Positions 24,971 to 33,650 of a stretch of DNA of 36,087 nucleotides are shown here, in pieces. Position 1 is the stretch's first letter; every line of letters begins with the position of its first letter. Both the position numbers and the translations under genes were made by a program. The notes beneath the pieces were generated by a model. It was not told the DNA's origin. It ran no database searches and was given only the letters and a program-made list of their open reading frames with translations. The stretch is from contig JACRCD010000097.1 in the NCBI GenBank assembly GCA_016219175.1, positions 1-36,087 of the forward strand, written 5' to 3'. This stretch comes from Deltaproteobacteria bacterium. Lineage in GTDB: Bacteria; Desulfobacterota; Desulfobulbia; Desulfobulbales; SURF-16.

Positions 24971-27631
24971 ATGAAAACAAAGCAGCTTTTATTACTGATA
25001 TCAACACTCATCGCCATTATGACCAGCCAGACTTCCAATGCCAAAGAACTTTCGCCCCATCTCTTCAAGGAAACCCTTGCCAATGATCTGACGGTGCTCA
25101 TCAAGGAAACACCAGGAACCAAGGTCGCCACCGTGCAGATCTGGGTCAAGGCGGGCAGCATATATGAAAACGAAAAAGAAGGCGGCATTACCCATCTGAT
25201 CGAACATATGATCTTCAAGGGCACCCCGAGCAGAGGACCCGGCAGGGTTGCGGGCGACATAGAGGAGGTCGGCGGCCGCATCAATGCCTATACTTCCTAT
25301 GAATACACGGTGTATCACGCCACCCTGGCCGCCCGCTTCTGGGAAAGAGGTCTTGACGTTCTCACGGATGCCGTGCTCAACTCCACCTTTGATCCGGAAG
25401 AGCTCGAAAGGGAGAAAAAGGTGATCCTGGAAGAGATCAGCATGCGCAACGACAGGCCGGAAACCAAGCTCTTCCAGGAATTGATGACCACGGCCTACAG
25501 CATTCATCCTTACAGGCTGCCTGTTATCGGCACGGTGGAGAGCGTCACGGGATTTACCAGAGATGATATCCTAAACTACATGCGGAATCATTATCATCCC
25601 GGGAATTTCACCGTTGTCGTGGTTGGCGACGTGCGCTACAGCGATGTATTGACCTCGGTGAAAAATCTCATGGGCGGACTGGTAAAAGGGGGGTACTCCC
25701 AGCCAGCCCTGCCCCAGGAACCCGAGCCGGCCGCGCCCCGTTTTTTTCAGCAAAACGATGACATCAACCAGACCCATCTGGCCCTGGCTTTTCCAATTAC
25801 TCCCTTTGTTCATCCAGACACGGCGGTGCTGGATGTCATTGCCAGCGTTCTCGGCCAGGGGGAGGCATCACGGCTTTACAATGAACTGCGCAACGAAAAA
25901 AGGCTTGTCTATCGTATCAGCGCCGCGGCCTTTACCCCGAAAGACAAAGGGCTCATGGAGGCGACAGCCACCCTGGATGCCGCTTCACTTCCCGCGGCCC
26001 TGGAGGCGATACTTGAGGAATTTTTCAAATTGAAATACCTGCGGGTTGAAGAAGACGAGCTGAGCAGGGTCAAACGGAGTCTGGAAAGCGACTTTGTCTT
26101 TAATCTGGAAAGAGCGGAAGGACAGGCCCGCACCTTGGGTTCTTTTGAATTCCTGACCGGCGACCCGCGGGAGGATGATTACCTGGTTAAAGTACGTTCG
26201 GTCAGCGCCAACGATATCATGCAGGTTGCCCAGAAATACTTCACCGCTAAAAATATTTCCGCGGGCTGGCTTTTCCCGATGGAGGAGAAAAGCAGCGTCA
26301 CCGGTGAGCAGTTTGCCGAAATCATCGACCGGGCCGAGGATGCCGCCCGAAACAGTGTGCCGCCATCCCTGCTCATCGACTCCTACCTGGATGATGTGCA
26401 CCGTTTCAAACTTGCCAACGGTATCACCCTGCTGGTCCGTGAGGATCACAGTATCCCCACGGTATCCATGCGGGCCATTTTCCCGGGCGGCTTGCGCAGT
26501 GAGACGGAAACCACCAACGGCGCCTTTGCCTTCATCACCGAGCTGCTGCCCACCGCAACCGAAACATTGTCCTCCCGGGAGCTCGCCCTGAAGATTGCGG
26601 AAATGGCCGGCTCCGTCTCAGGATTTAACGGCAAGAACACCTTCGGGCTGAAGGGTGACTTTCTGGCCCGCTTTTTTGATGAGGGTCTTGAACTGGTTCG
26701 CGACATTCTTCTCACCCCGGCCTTTGATGAGGCAGAATCGGAAAAAATCCGGCCGGAACTGTTGGCCCAGCTGAAACAGCAGGAAGACTCCCTGCCTTCC
26801 CTGGCCTTCAAGGAGTTTAACCGCCTGCTCTTTCAGGGTCATCCCTATGGCTTGAATACCGTTGGCTCCGAAACCGCCATCAAAAATTTTTCCGCGACCC
26901 AGTTAAAAAAAATCTACCGGGAACATGCCTATCCGGAAAAAATGGTATTGGCCATATCCGGCGACGTGAAAGCTGATGAGGCAAAAAAACTGGCTGACAA
27001 ATTGTTCGGGTCCTGGCCGGGCCGATCAGCCGAAACCGGTGTTGTGGAAGCAGCCTTTCTGCCTCCGTTCCCCCCGCCAAAGCCTGATTTTTATACCGTG
27101 GCGCGGGACAAGGAGCAGGTACACCTGGTGCTTGGTTTTCTCGGCCTACCGTTGACCAGCGAAGACCGCTACGCCATGGAAGTCATCGAGACCATTTTAA
27201 GCGGCCAAAGCGGCAGGCTCTTTACCGAGCTGCGAGACAAGCAGAGCCTGGCATACAGCCTTTCCGCCTTCACTCTGTTCGGCCTCGATACCGGCTCTTT
27301 CGGCATCTACATCGGCACAAGTCCGGATAAAAGAGAGGCTGTTCTCAAGGCGCTGTGGAAAGAACTCTATTTGATCCAAGAAGAACCGGCGAGCAATGAA
27401 GAGCTGGCCAAGGCTAAGAATCTGCTGATCAGCCAATATGAGCTGGGGCTGCAGACCCGAGGAGCCCAGGCCATGGAAATGGGATTAAACGAGACATACG
27501 GCTTGGGCCAGAATTACGGCAACCGCTATATCAGCGAGATTGAAAAGGTTGACGCCGAGAAGGTGCTGGCTGTTGCCCGCAAATATATCCTGCCCGAACA
27601 TTATGTGATGGTCACGGTCGGGGCAAAGTGA
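24971..27631 (+). CDS. Tandem two-unit M16 (pitrilysin/insulinase) family zinc peptidase, secreted
   Basis: Signal peptide is present. The inverted zinc motif HLIEHMIFKGT (HxxEH) and ...EIS.R.D are in the first unit. A second M16-like unit spans ~aa 470-886. Confidence 0.85.
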   Translation: MKTKQLLLLISTLIAIMTSQTSNAKELSPHLFKETLANDLTVLIKETPGTKVATVQIWVKAGSIYENEKEGGITHLIEHMIFKGTPSRGPGRVAGDIEEVGGRINAYTSYEYTVYHATLAARFWERGLDVLTDAVLNSTFDPEELEREKKVILEEISMRNDRPETKLFQELMTTAYSIHPYRLPVIGTVESVTGFTRDDILNYMRNHYHPGNFTVVVVGDVRYSDVLTSVKNLMGGLVKGGYSQPALPQEPEPAAPRFFQQNDDINQTHLALAFPITPFVHPDTAVLDVIASVLGQGEASRLYNELRNEKRLVYRISAAAFTPKDKGLMEATATLDAASLPAALEAILEEFFKLKYLRVEEDELSRVKRSLESDFVFNLERAEGQARTLGSFEFLTGDPREDDYLVKVRSVSANDIMQVAQKYFTAKNISAGWLFPMEEKSSVTGEQFAEIIDRAEDAARNSVPPSLLIDSYLDDVHRFKLANGITLLVREDHSIPTVSMRAIFPGGLRSETETTNGAFAFITELLPTATETLSSRELALKIAEMAGSVSGFNGKNTFGLKGDFLARFFDEGLELVRDILLTPAFDEAESEKIRPELLAQLKQQEDSLPSLAFKEFNRLLFQGHPYGLNTVGSETAIKNFSATQLKKIYREHAYPEKMVLAISGDVKADEAKKLADKLFGSWPGRSAETGVVEAAFLPPFPPPKPDFYTVARDKEQVHLVLGFLGLPLTSEDRYAMEVIETILSGQSGRLFTELRDKQSLAYSLSAFTLFGLDTGSFGIYIGTSPDKREAVLKALWKELYLIQEEPASNEELAKAKNLLISQYELGLQTRGAQAMEMGLNETYGLGQNYGNRYISEIEKVDAEKVLAVARKYILPEHYVMVTVGAK

Positions 27632-27664
27632 TAGCTGCTACATAGACCTGAGGACTAGATACTG

Positions 27665-28321
27665 ATGCAGAACAAAATGCTGGCGCCCTCTATTCTTTCC
27701 GCCGATTTTGCGCGGCTGGGCGAGGAAATTTCCGAGGTAATCAAGGCAGGAGCTGACATCATCCATGTGGATGTGATGGATGGGCACTTTGTGCCCAATA
27801 TAACCATCGGTCCGCTGGTCGTGGCGGCGGTGCGAAGGATCTGCGCCCAGCCCTTGGATGTCCACCTGATGATCGAAAATGCCGACAGGTACATAGACGA
27901 CTTTGCCGCTGCCGGGGCGGACTGGATCACCGTTCATGTCGAGGCATGCACCCATCTGCACCGAACCATCCAGCACATAAAAAAACTGGGGAAAAAGGCC
28001 GGGGTGGTGCTGAATCCCGCCACCTCGCTGACAACTCTTGATTATATTCTGGAAGATCTTGACTTGGTCATGCTCATGAGTGTCAACCCGGGTTTTGGCG
28101 GGCAATCGTTCATCCCCTCAAGCCTGAAAAAAATCCGGGCGTTGAAGGCGCGCATCGACCAGCTTGGCCTCAAGGCAGGTATCGAAATTGACGGCGGGGT
28201 CAGCCCCGACACCATCAGCGCCATTTCCGAGGCCGGAGCCAATATCTTCGTGGCCGGATCGGCAGTTTTCAGCGGTAACAATTACACAAAGAGTGTTGCG
28301 GCCCTGAAAAGCCGCTGGTAA
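27665..28321 (+). CDS. rpe: Ribulose-phosphate 3-epimerase
   Basis: APSILSADFARLGEEI, HVDVMDGHFVPNIT, MSVNPGFGGQ and IEIDGG are canonical Rpe blocks. Confidence 0.9.
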   Translation: MQNKMLAPSILSADFARLGEEISEVIKAGADIIHVDVMDGHFVPNITIGPLVVAAVRRICAQPLDVHLMIENADRYIDDFAAAGADWITVHVEACTHLHRTIQHIKKLGKKAGVVLNPATSLTTLDYILEDLDLVMLMSVNPGFGGQSFIPSSLKKIRALKARIDQLGLKAGIEIDGGVSPDTISAISEAGANIFVAGSAVFSGNNYTKSVAALKSRW

Positions 28322-28363
28322 GCGGCAAGTCAGGGAGAAAATCCCGAAGCACGTGCCGGCCGG

Positions 28364-30424
28364 CTAGCGCGGCACCCCCCGCAGTGGCGACTCAGCACCA
28401 TCCCCACCGCGTTCCCCGCGCCAGAGAGCTGTCTTCCGGCGGGAAATTGTCCCCACGCTCACCTCTTTCGCAGCCCTTTTGCCGTATTCATCCACCGCTA
28501 TGACCCGCAGGGCGGGACCGGAATCCGGAACCGTATAAAAGGATGCCGGCATGGCAAAGGAAATGATGGACCCCTGCTCGTTCATTTTTTTAATCTGCAC
28601 CGGGGTGCCGGAGATTTGCTCCCAGGTAAAATGCAGTTTTTCCCTGTTTTCGTCGGAGGTTGCGCTGGCGTCAATGCATACGGTTTCACCAACAGGGTAA
28701 GCCTTAGCCAGTTCCTTGATGTGTACTTGCGGGGCAAAATTGCCAAGCTTGACCCGCATGGTCAGCTTTCCTCTGCCGGATCTCAATCCCCCGCTCTCAA
28801 AGCGATAGTACAGGACATCGCGTCCCTCAAATGAGGGATCCGGCTGATAGCGGGACTTGCCCGCCTCGATTTTGCTCAGGGTTCCATTTAATTTAGAAGA
28901 ATCGATGTCAACATGAACCTTACTACTGAAAGGGGAATGATTAGCCTCGCGCCAGATACGGCCCCAGTCAATCGTCACATCAGCCGTGCTTTTTGTCTCA
29001 AAGGTCTTATTCTTGGCCCGAACCCCCGGTTTGCTTTGGGCTAATGCCTTTTTCTGCTCATCTTCCTTTATCTTTTCTTTGTCAGCCGCCAGTTTCGCCA
29101 GATCCGGGCCGGTAATGAGCACTTTCGCCACATTGCTGGTATCCTTGCCGTCACTGACCCGAAACTCCAGCTTGTCCTCGCCCGGGAAATCTTTATTCGG
29201 AAGGTAAATGTAGGCCGGCGCCTCACCGGAAAGGCGCCCATGCCCGGGAGGAATAGTCACCTCATAGGTCATTTTGTCACCGTCCCCATCCTGGGCGTCG
29301 AGGGTTAGCGCCACTTCTCCGCCACCTTCGGACATTTTCCAGATACTGTCGCTGGCAACAGGAACATTGTTTTGCGCCACCTCATTCCGCGCCTGTTCCA
29401 CGACTTGGGGCGCCTGTTCGACAACCGGCACGGGGATAGCCTGCTCTGCCTTCTTGCCTGGTTTGAAAAAATAAACCGCCGCGCCAATAACGAGGACGAG
29501 ACAAAGGGATAATCCCGCGGTAACAGCCTTATTGGCAGGGGGAAACCAGGTTCTTTTCGGTTTTTCCTGCTCCACCTCATCAGCTAGGTCAGCCCCTGAA
29601 AAACCGGCTACTGTTGCTTCCCTGGAGGATGTTTTGCTTGAAGAAGCAGCCGCTTTCCCGACTTCCAGGAAATCGTCGCCGCTTTCCAGAACATTGGCAA
29701 GATCGATGTCCTCAACCTCAAAAGGTTCTTCAATATCATCTTCGTCATCAAGCCCGGAAAAAAGCTGATCAATCTCATCCTGATCCACATCCAGACCCTC
29801 TCCGAGTCCGGGCGGCTTCTCCGTCCCTCCGGCCAGCAGGGCATCGATATTATCCTGACTAAAGTCAACCTCTCCCCCGCTTACGTCCTGTTTCTGCCCT
29901 GATCCTCCACTCAAGAGGATGTCAATGTTTGCCTGATCCAGTTCAAGACTTTCCGAGTCCGCCTGTTCTTCAGGTGCGGCCTCGGGGCTTGCGCTCTCTC
30001 CCATGCCGCCCAGCAGGGCATCAATATTGGATTGATCAAGCTCCAGGCTCTCCTCTTCCCGAGCCTCAACCGCAGCCGCCCGCGGCGGAGCTTCACTCTC
30101 CGCCATACCACCCAGCAGGGCATCTATATTGGACTGATCAAGCTCCAGGCTCTCCTCTTCCCGAGCCTCAACCGGTACTGCCCGCGGAGCTTCACTCTCC
30201 GCCATGCCGCCCAGCAGGGCATCTATATTGGACTGATCAAGCTCTGCTGAATCATCATCTCCACCTGAAGCTTCACGCTTTTCCGGCTGAGAATCCGGTA
30301 TCTCCTCGCCGCCCAGCAGGGCATCAATGCTCCCCTGGTCAAGTTCCCCGGAAAACTCGTCAGAGTCATCCAGATCCTCAAGCCAGTTATCGAGATCAGA
30401 GGTCGAATGTTTTTCTTCTGCCAT
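28364..30424 (-). CDS. Single-pass membrane protein. The acidic N-terminal region (~aa 27-245) carries 7-8 tandem L-D-Q-x-N-I-D-A-L-L-G-G repeats (FliM/FliN N-terminal CheY-docking-like). A TM helix follows, then two or three Ig-like (Big/cadherin-like) domains predicted to be periplasmic
   Basis: The repeats are ELDQGSIDALLGG, 3x SLELDQSNIDALLGGM(A/G)ESEAP, ELDQANIDILLSG, DFSQDNIDALLAG, DVDQDEIDQLFSG and a degenerate DIDLANVLESG. The TM helix is VTAGLSLCLVLVIGAAVYFF (~aa 301-320). The C-terminal domains carry the Ig-like signatures EVTIPPGHGRLSGEAPAYIYLPNKDFPGEDKLEFRVSDG and FEGRDVLYYRFESGG. Confidence 0.7.
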   Translation of the reverse strand: MAEEKHSTSDLDNWLEDLDDSDEFSGELDQGSIDALLGGEEIPDSQPEKREASGGDDDSAELDQSNIDALLGGMAESEAPRAVPVEAREEESLELDQSNIDALLGGMAESEAPPRAAAVEAREEESLELDQSNIDALLGGMGESASPEAAPEEQADSESLELDQANIDILLSGGSGQKQDVSGGEVDFSQDNIDALLAGGTEKPPGLGEGLDVDQDEIDQLFSGLDDEDDIEEPFEVEDIDLANVLESGDDFLEVGKAAASSSKTSSREATVAGFSGADLADEVEQEKPKRTWFPPANKAVTAGLSLCLVLVIGAAVYFFKPGKKAEQAIPVPVVEQAPQVVEQARNEVAQNNVPVASDSIWKMSEGGGEVALTLDAQDGDGDKMTYEVTIPPGHGRLSGEAPAYIYLPNKDFPGEDKLEFRVSDGKDTSNVAKVLITGPDLAKLAADKEKIKEDEQKKALAQSKPGVRAKNKTFETKSTADVTIDWGRIWREANHSPFSSKVHVDIDSSKLNGTLSKIEAGKSRYQPDPSFEGRDVLYYRFESGGLRSGRGKLTMRVKLGNFAPQVHIKELAKAYPVGETVCIDASATSDENREKLHFTWEQISGTPVQIKKMNEQGSIISFAMPASFYTVPDSGPALRVIAVDEYGKRAAKEVSVGTISRRKTALWRGERGGDGAESPLRGVPR
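30005..30250. repeat. Near-identical ~100-bp direct tandem DNA repeats (about 2.5 copies) inside the repeat-protein gene
   Basis: The unit gccgcccagcagggcatc(a/t)atattgga(t/c)tgatcaagctccaggctctcctcttcccgagcctcaacc... recurs with only a few substitutions. It encodes the SLELDQSNIDALLGGMAESEAP units. Confidence 0.8.
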
Positions 30425-30438
30425 GATCAGGCCTTTTT

Positions 30439-30987
30439 TCAGTTATTTTTGTAACTTTCCACATAGGAATGTAAAAACCGATAAACAGGTTCGGACATCT
30501 CCACATTGACCACATGCCCACGCCTTGCACCGAGACCATTTCTGCCGCTGATGTGGATGCGCAGGAATCCATCCATCTCTTCAATAACTCCTTCCATTTC
30601 CTGGGGGTAGTTGTTGTCCGCGGAATAGTGCGCCGCCGGTTCACTGTTAATCATGGCGGTCATCTGGTCGGCCAGGGTGATCCCGAGCATGGTTATTTTA
30701 GGAACCCTGCTGTCACTGATCACGGCAAAAGGCGCTACCGCAACCGTGGCCGGCCCGTAGAAATCATGGAAACCCTGGATGGCATCATCACAGATCAGGG
30801 TTACAATCTCAGACAGGTTTGAATAGCGCTGATAACTGATTCGTTCCGCATAATTGCTGTTACCAACCGCATCGTTTCCAGATCCTTCCTGGGCAAAAGC
30901 CGCAGGAACAAGCATACCCGCCAGAAAATGAAAGGATAGAAAGGCTGCGCCCACCCCGGCCAATAAGTTTTTCTGCAAATTTTTCAT
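30439..30987 (-). CDS. Secreted LpoB/FlgO-fold (COG3417-like) protein, paralog 3 of 3
   Basis: Signal peptide MKNLQKNLLAGVGAAFLSFHFLAGMLVPAAFA. The core reads VAVAPFAVISDS...ITMLGITLADQMTAMI...EGVIEEMDGFLRIHISG. A GGGGAG SD precedes the ATG. The stop lies 14 nt upstream of the repeat-protein ATG. Confidence 0.5.
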   Translation of the reverse strand: MKNLQKNLLAGVGAAFLSFHFLAGMLVPAAFAQEGSGNDAVGNSNYAERISYQRYSNLSEIVTLICDDAIQGFHDFYGPATVAVAPFAVISDSRVPKITMLGITLADQMTAMINSEPAAHYSADNNYPQEMEGVIEEMDGFLRIHISGRNGLGARRGHVVNVEMSEPVYRFLHSYVESYKNN

Positions 30988-31079
30988 TTATCACTCCCCC
31001 CAAGCGCCTATTCACGGCTGCTGAAAAAACATGTCCCAGAATTTCCGGACCTGTATCAAACTGTTGAGCAGCTGATAAA

Positions 31080-31847
31080 TCAGTTGTTCATTCCCCTGAC
31101 AGAAATGGTTAATGGCTGTTCCGCATCATAGAACAGCCCGAGCAGATCCTTGGTCAAAGGCATGGTATAACGCCAGGATGATTTCACCACACCATCCAGC
31201 AGACTGACCAGTCTTCCCTGAATAATCAAGGTTTTCCTGGTGTTGCTGAAGGTGGTTACCACGACATAATCAACCTCGGGGGTGATGTCGGCAAGTTCGC
31301 CAATATTACGCGTCAGGATAAATTCGCCGGTCTGGGCCAGAATATTGATTTCCTTGCCCAAGCGCAACTCATTGACCTTTATGCCGCGGTCAGCCAGATC
31401 CGTCAGCAGATACTCCGCCATCACCCGGCCAAACTCTGTATCTCGCTTTAAATCCGACAAAGGAACCGCGGCCACGACCGCAACACGCGCCGTATAATTT
31501 TTTTCTCCGTCTTCTTTCAGCTCATAAAAAACCTTGCCCGCCACCTCCTTCGAGATATCGGACAGCTGACCTTCCGTTGCCTGGGAACGGGAACTTTCAG
31601 GCATATACTGGTATATCCGGTGGCTCGGCGTAGAGACAGAGGCCTGTTTTGCCTGCCTGCCATCTCCTACCTGCTCAACATTGAGAAAGGCGCTTGGCGA
31701 GGCCCTCTTTTTTTCAGCAGACTGACCGGGCGGCTCATCATAGGCCTCTTCAGCGTTCCATCGCGCCGACGCAGGAGAAGCTGCCGTAAAATTAATAAGT
31801 GACAACAATAGGCCGCAGACCGCCACTTTCATTATTGTTTCCTTCAT
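31080..31847 (-). CDS. Secreted LpoB/FlgO-fold (COG3417-like) protein, paralog 2 of 3
   Basis: Signal peptide ...MKVAVCGLLLSLINFTAASPASA. The core VAVVAAVPLSDLKRDTEFGRVMAEYLLTDLADRGIKVNELRLGKEINILAQTGEF...VDYVVVTTFSNTRKTLIIQGRLVSLLDGVV fits the LpoB/FlgO pattern. ATG at 31845-31847 with an AAGGGAG SD. GTG at 31850 is in the ORF track. Confidence 0.55.
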   Translation of the reverse strand: MKETIMKVAVCGLLLSLINFTAASPASARWNAEEAYDEPPGQSAEKKRASPSAFLNVEQVGDGRQAKQASVSTPSHRIYQYMPESSRSQATEGQLSDISKEVAGKVFYELKEDGEKNYTARVAVVAAVPLSDLKRDTEFGRVMAEYLLTDLADRGIKVNELRLGKEINILAQTGEFILTRNIGELADITPEVDYVVVTTFSNTRKTLIIQGRLVSLLDGVVKSSWRYTMPLTKDLLGLFYDAEQPLTISVRGMNN

Positions 31848-31937
31848 CACATTCTCCCTTTCCTGAAATGCACAGAGTACTTTAGTTACTGCCCGCGTTA
31901 ATAATCTTGGCTGGCTGCGGCATTCACAAATTTCAGA

Positions 31938-32609
31938 CTACATCTCAAGCCGTTTCATGTAAATCACCCCTGCCGGCTTGTTTCTGGCAGTGGCCGTATC
32001 TTTAAGCATCATGATGCCTAAGTTGTTGAGCGGAAAAACCATTGTGGCGCTGGATAACAACCCACCCCTTTTATTGTCGAGAATGCGGGCGTTCACTATA
32101 ATTTCCTTTTCCCCCACCAGATATGTGCCCGTGAGCATAGCCCCGGACGCCTGGGAAGAAAGAATTTCGGCAGGATCCCGGGACAGGCCGAATTCCCCTC
32201 TCTTCTCCTGCACCATGACACTTAAACTCTTCCGCATATCGAGAACGGGGTAGCCATAACGCTGAAATTCATTCAGCAGCTGTTCAGCCACGTACCGTCC
32301 AAATGACGATGTTCTGTAAAGATTGTTGATATCAACAAGGATGCAAACAACTACCCCGTCAGCCAAATCACCAAGCTGCGGATCAGGTTCCCCAAGATTG
32401 GCCAAAAGCTCTTCCGCAAGGGACTGAACCTTTATCCGCAACTCATCTGCTTCGCTTTTTTTGCCTGCCGCCCCATCGAGAGTTCGTGCGGACGGCTCTA
32501 GATAGGAAGGGGTCCTTCCCTCACCCACAAACTGCCCCGCCAGTCCATACCCAGGCAACGCCTGGAGAAAAAAAACAAAAAAAATCATTATGTTGCGTAA
32601 TAGAGCCAT
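31938..32609 (-). CDS. Secreted LpoB/FlgO-fold (COG3417-like) protein, paralog 1 of 3
   Basis: Signal peptide MALLRNIMIFFVFFLQALPGYGLAG. The core VVVCILVDINNLYRTSSFGRYVAEQLLNEFQRYGYPVLDMRKSL...SGAMLTGTYLVGEKEIIVNARILDNKRGGLLSSATMVF matches the LpoB/FlgO consensus spacing. AAAGGA SD. Confidence 0.55.
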   Translation of the reverse strand: MALLRNIMIFFVFFLQALPGYGLAGQFVGEGRTPSYLEPSARTLDGAAGKKSEADELRIKVQSLAEELLANLGEPDPQLGDLADGVVVCILVDINNLYRTSSFGRYVAEQLLNEFQRYGYPVLDMRKSLSVMVQEKRGEFGLSRDPAEILSSQASGAMLTGTYLVGEKEIIVNARILDNKRGGLLSSATMVFPLNNLGIMMLKDTATARNKPAGVIYMKRLEM

Positions 32610-33084
32610 CTGTTCATCCTTTTAGCAATCCATGTCTGTAATGAAAAAAGTAAGCCCTGTCCCGGAAGAGAGAGCAACTCATGATAAACATCATGGTGCG
32701 CATGTTTTCTTCTCTAGTAATTTTAACCATCGGTACAACCCGCTTTATTCTTTAAAAAAAAAGCACCATCGTTTAATTTAGGGAGTGTTCAGAAATGAAC
32801 ATTCTATTTCTAAGCCGTTGTCAATAAATTACTGTAACACCCCATGCGTGGCAACGGCATAAGGGGCCGTATAGATGATATCAAATCTGTAATGGTTATT
32901 TTATACCGGCCCCTAACCATTTCATTCCCGTCTCCTTATCCCGGTTACAGGTGTGCGATGTCACGAATATTGTTTTACGCCGGCTTAGAAAAGATTGAGC
33001 GCGGGATTGCAAAAATGGTTAAATGCAAAGCAACAAAGCGGGCGCTACATTCAATACTAAAACTACTCGTGGTAAGAATTACCG

Positions 33085-33585
33085 ATGAACAGCAGGGAAG
33101 CATATCTGGAGGAGGAAATATTCATTATTGAGGATTCTGGAGGGGAAATGCCCGAAGTCGCGTTGCACGGCTCCCTTTACTTTCTGAGCAAAGACCCGGA
33201 CGGCCCGGCCCTTGTGCTGAAAAAGCAAGAGATCTTCCCCTTGAAAACAGCGGTGATCAACCGTTATCAGACCATCATTCTCCGCGATCTGCGCCCGGAA
33301 AACCGCAAGAAGAGCATGTACCGGGGGGTGAAAAGAAGCTTTATCAACTGGCGGCGTCTGAAACTTTTTGCCGCGGCGGAAAACATCGACATTACCCACG
33401 TGCGCAACCATGTTTCCACCGCCCTGCTTTCTTTCATAGCCAATGAAATCCGCTCCGTGGCCCAGGCCGGCGAGCCTTCCTGCGTCAACTGCAGCCGCGA
33501 CACACTCCATGAATTTATCTCTGATCTGGGTCTTTGCAGCGAAGATCTTGTCCGCGGCTGGCAGGATCTGTGCTGCGAGGAGTAA
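33085..33585 (+). CDS. Hypothetical protein (166 aa). It may instead start at ATG 33148
   Basis: Open frame with plausible composition. I recognise no motifs. The C-terminus is Cys-containing (CVNCS...LCCEE). Confidence 0.4.
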   Translation: MNSREAYLEEEIFIIEDSGGEMPEVALHGSLYFLSKDPDGPALVLKKQEIFPLKTAVINRYQTIILRDLRPENRKKSMYRGVKRSFINWRRLKLFAAAENIDITHVRNHVSTALLSFIANEIRSVAQAGEPSCVNCSRDTLHEFISDLGLCSEDLVRGWQDLCCEE

Positions 33586-33650
33586 AAACGAATGCCTCGC
33601 TTTCCAGGGCAAACAAATCCTTTCCCTGTCTTCTTCGGCATCACGCCTGC

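Noticed and set aside
29929-30426. 165-aa plus-strand ORF with its own PAGH.YW.DQAPGSPLPEPQP repeats
   Set aside because: It is the antisense reading of the tandem DNA repeats in the acidic repeat protein. The sense frame has a start, downstream TM and Ig-like domains.
32844-33131. 95-aa ORF in the long intergenic region
   Set aside because: No SD, odd composition, and it overlaps the start of the downstream plus-strand gene. It is more likely non-coding.
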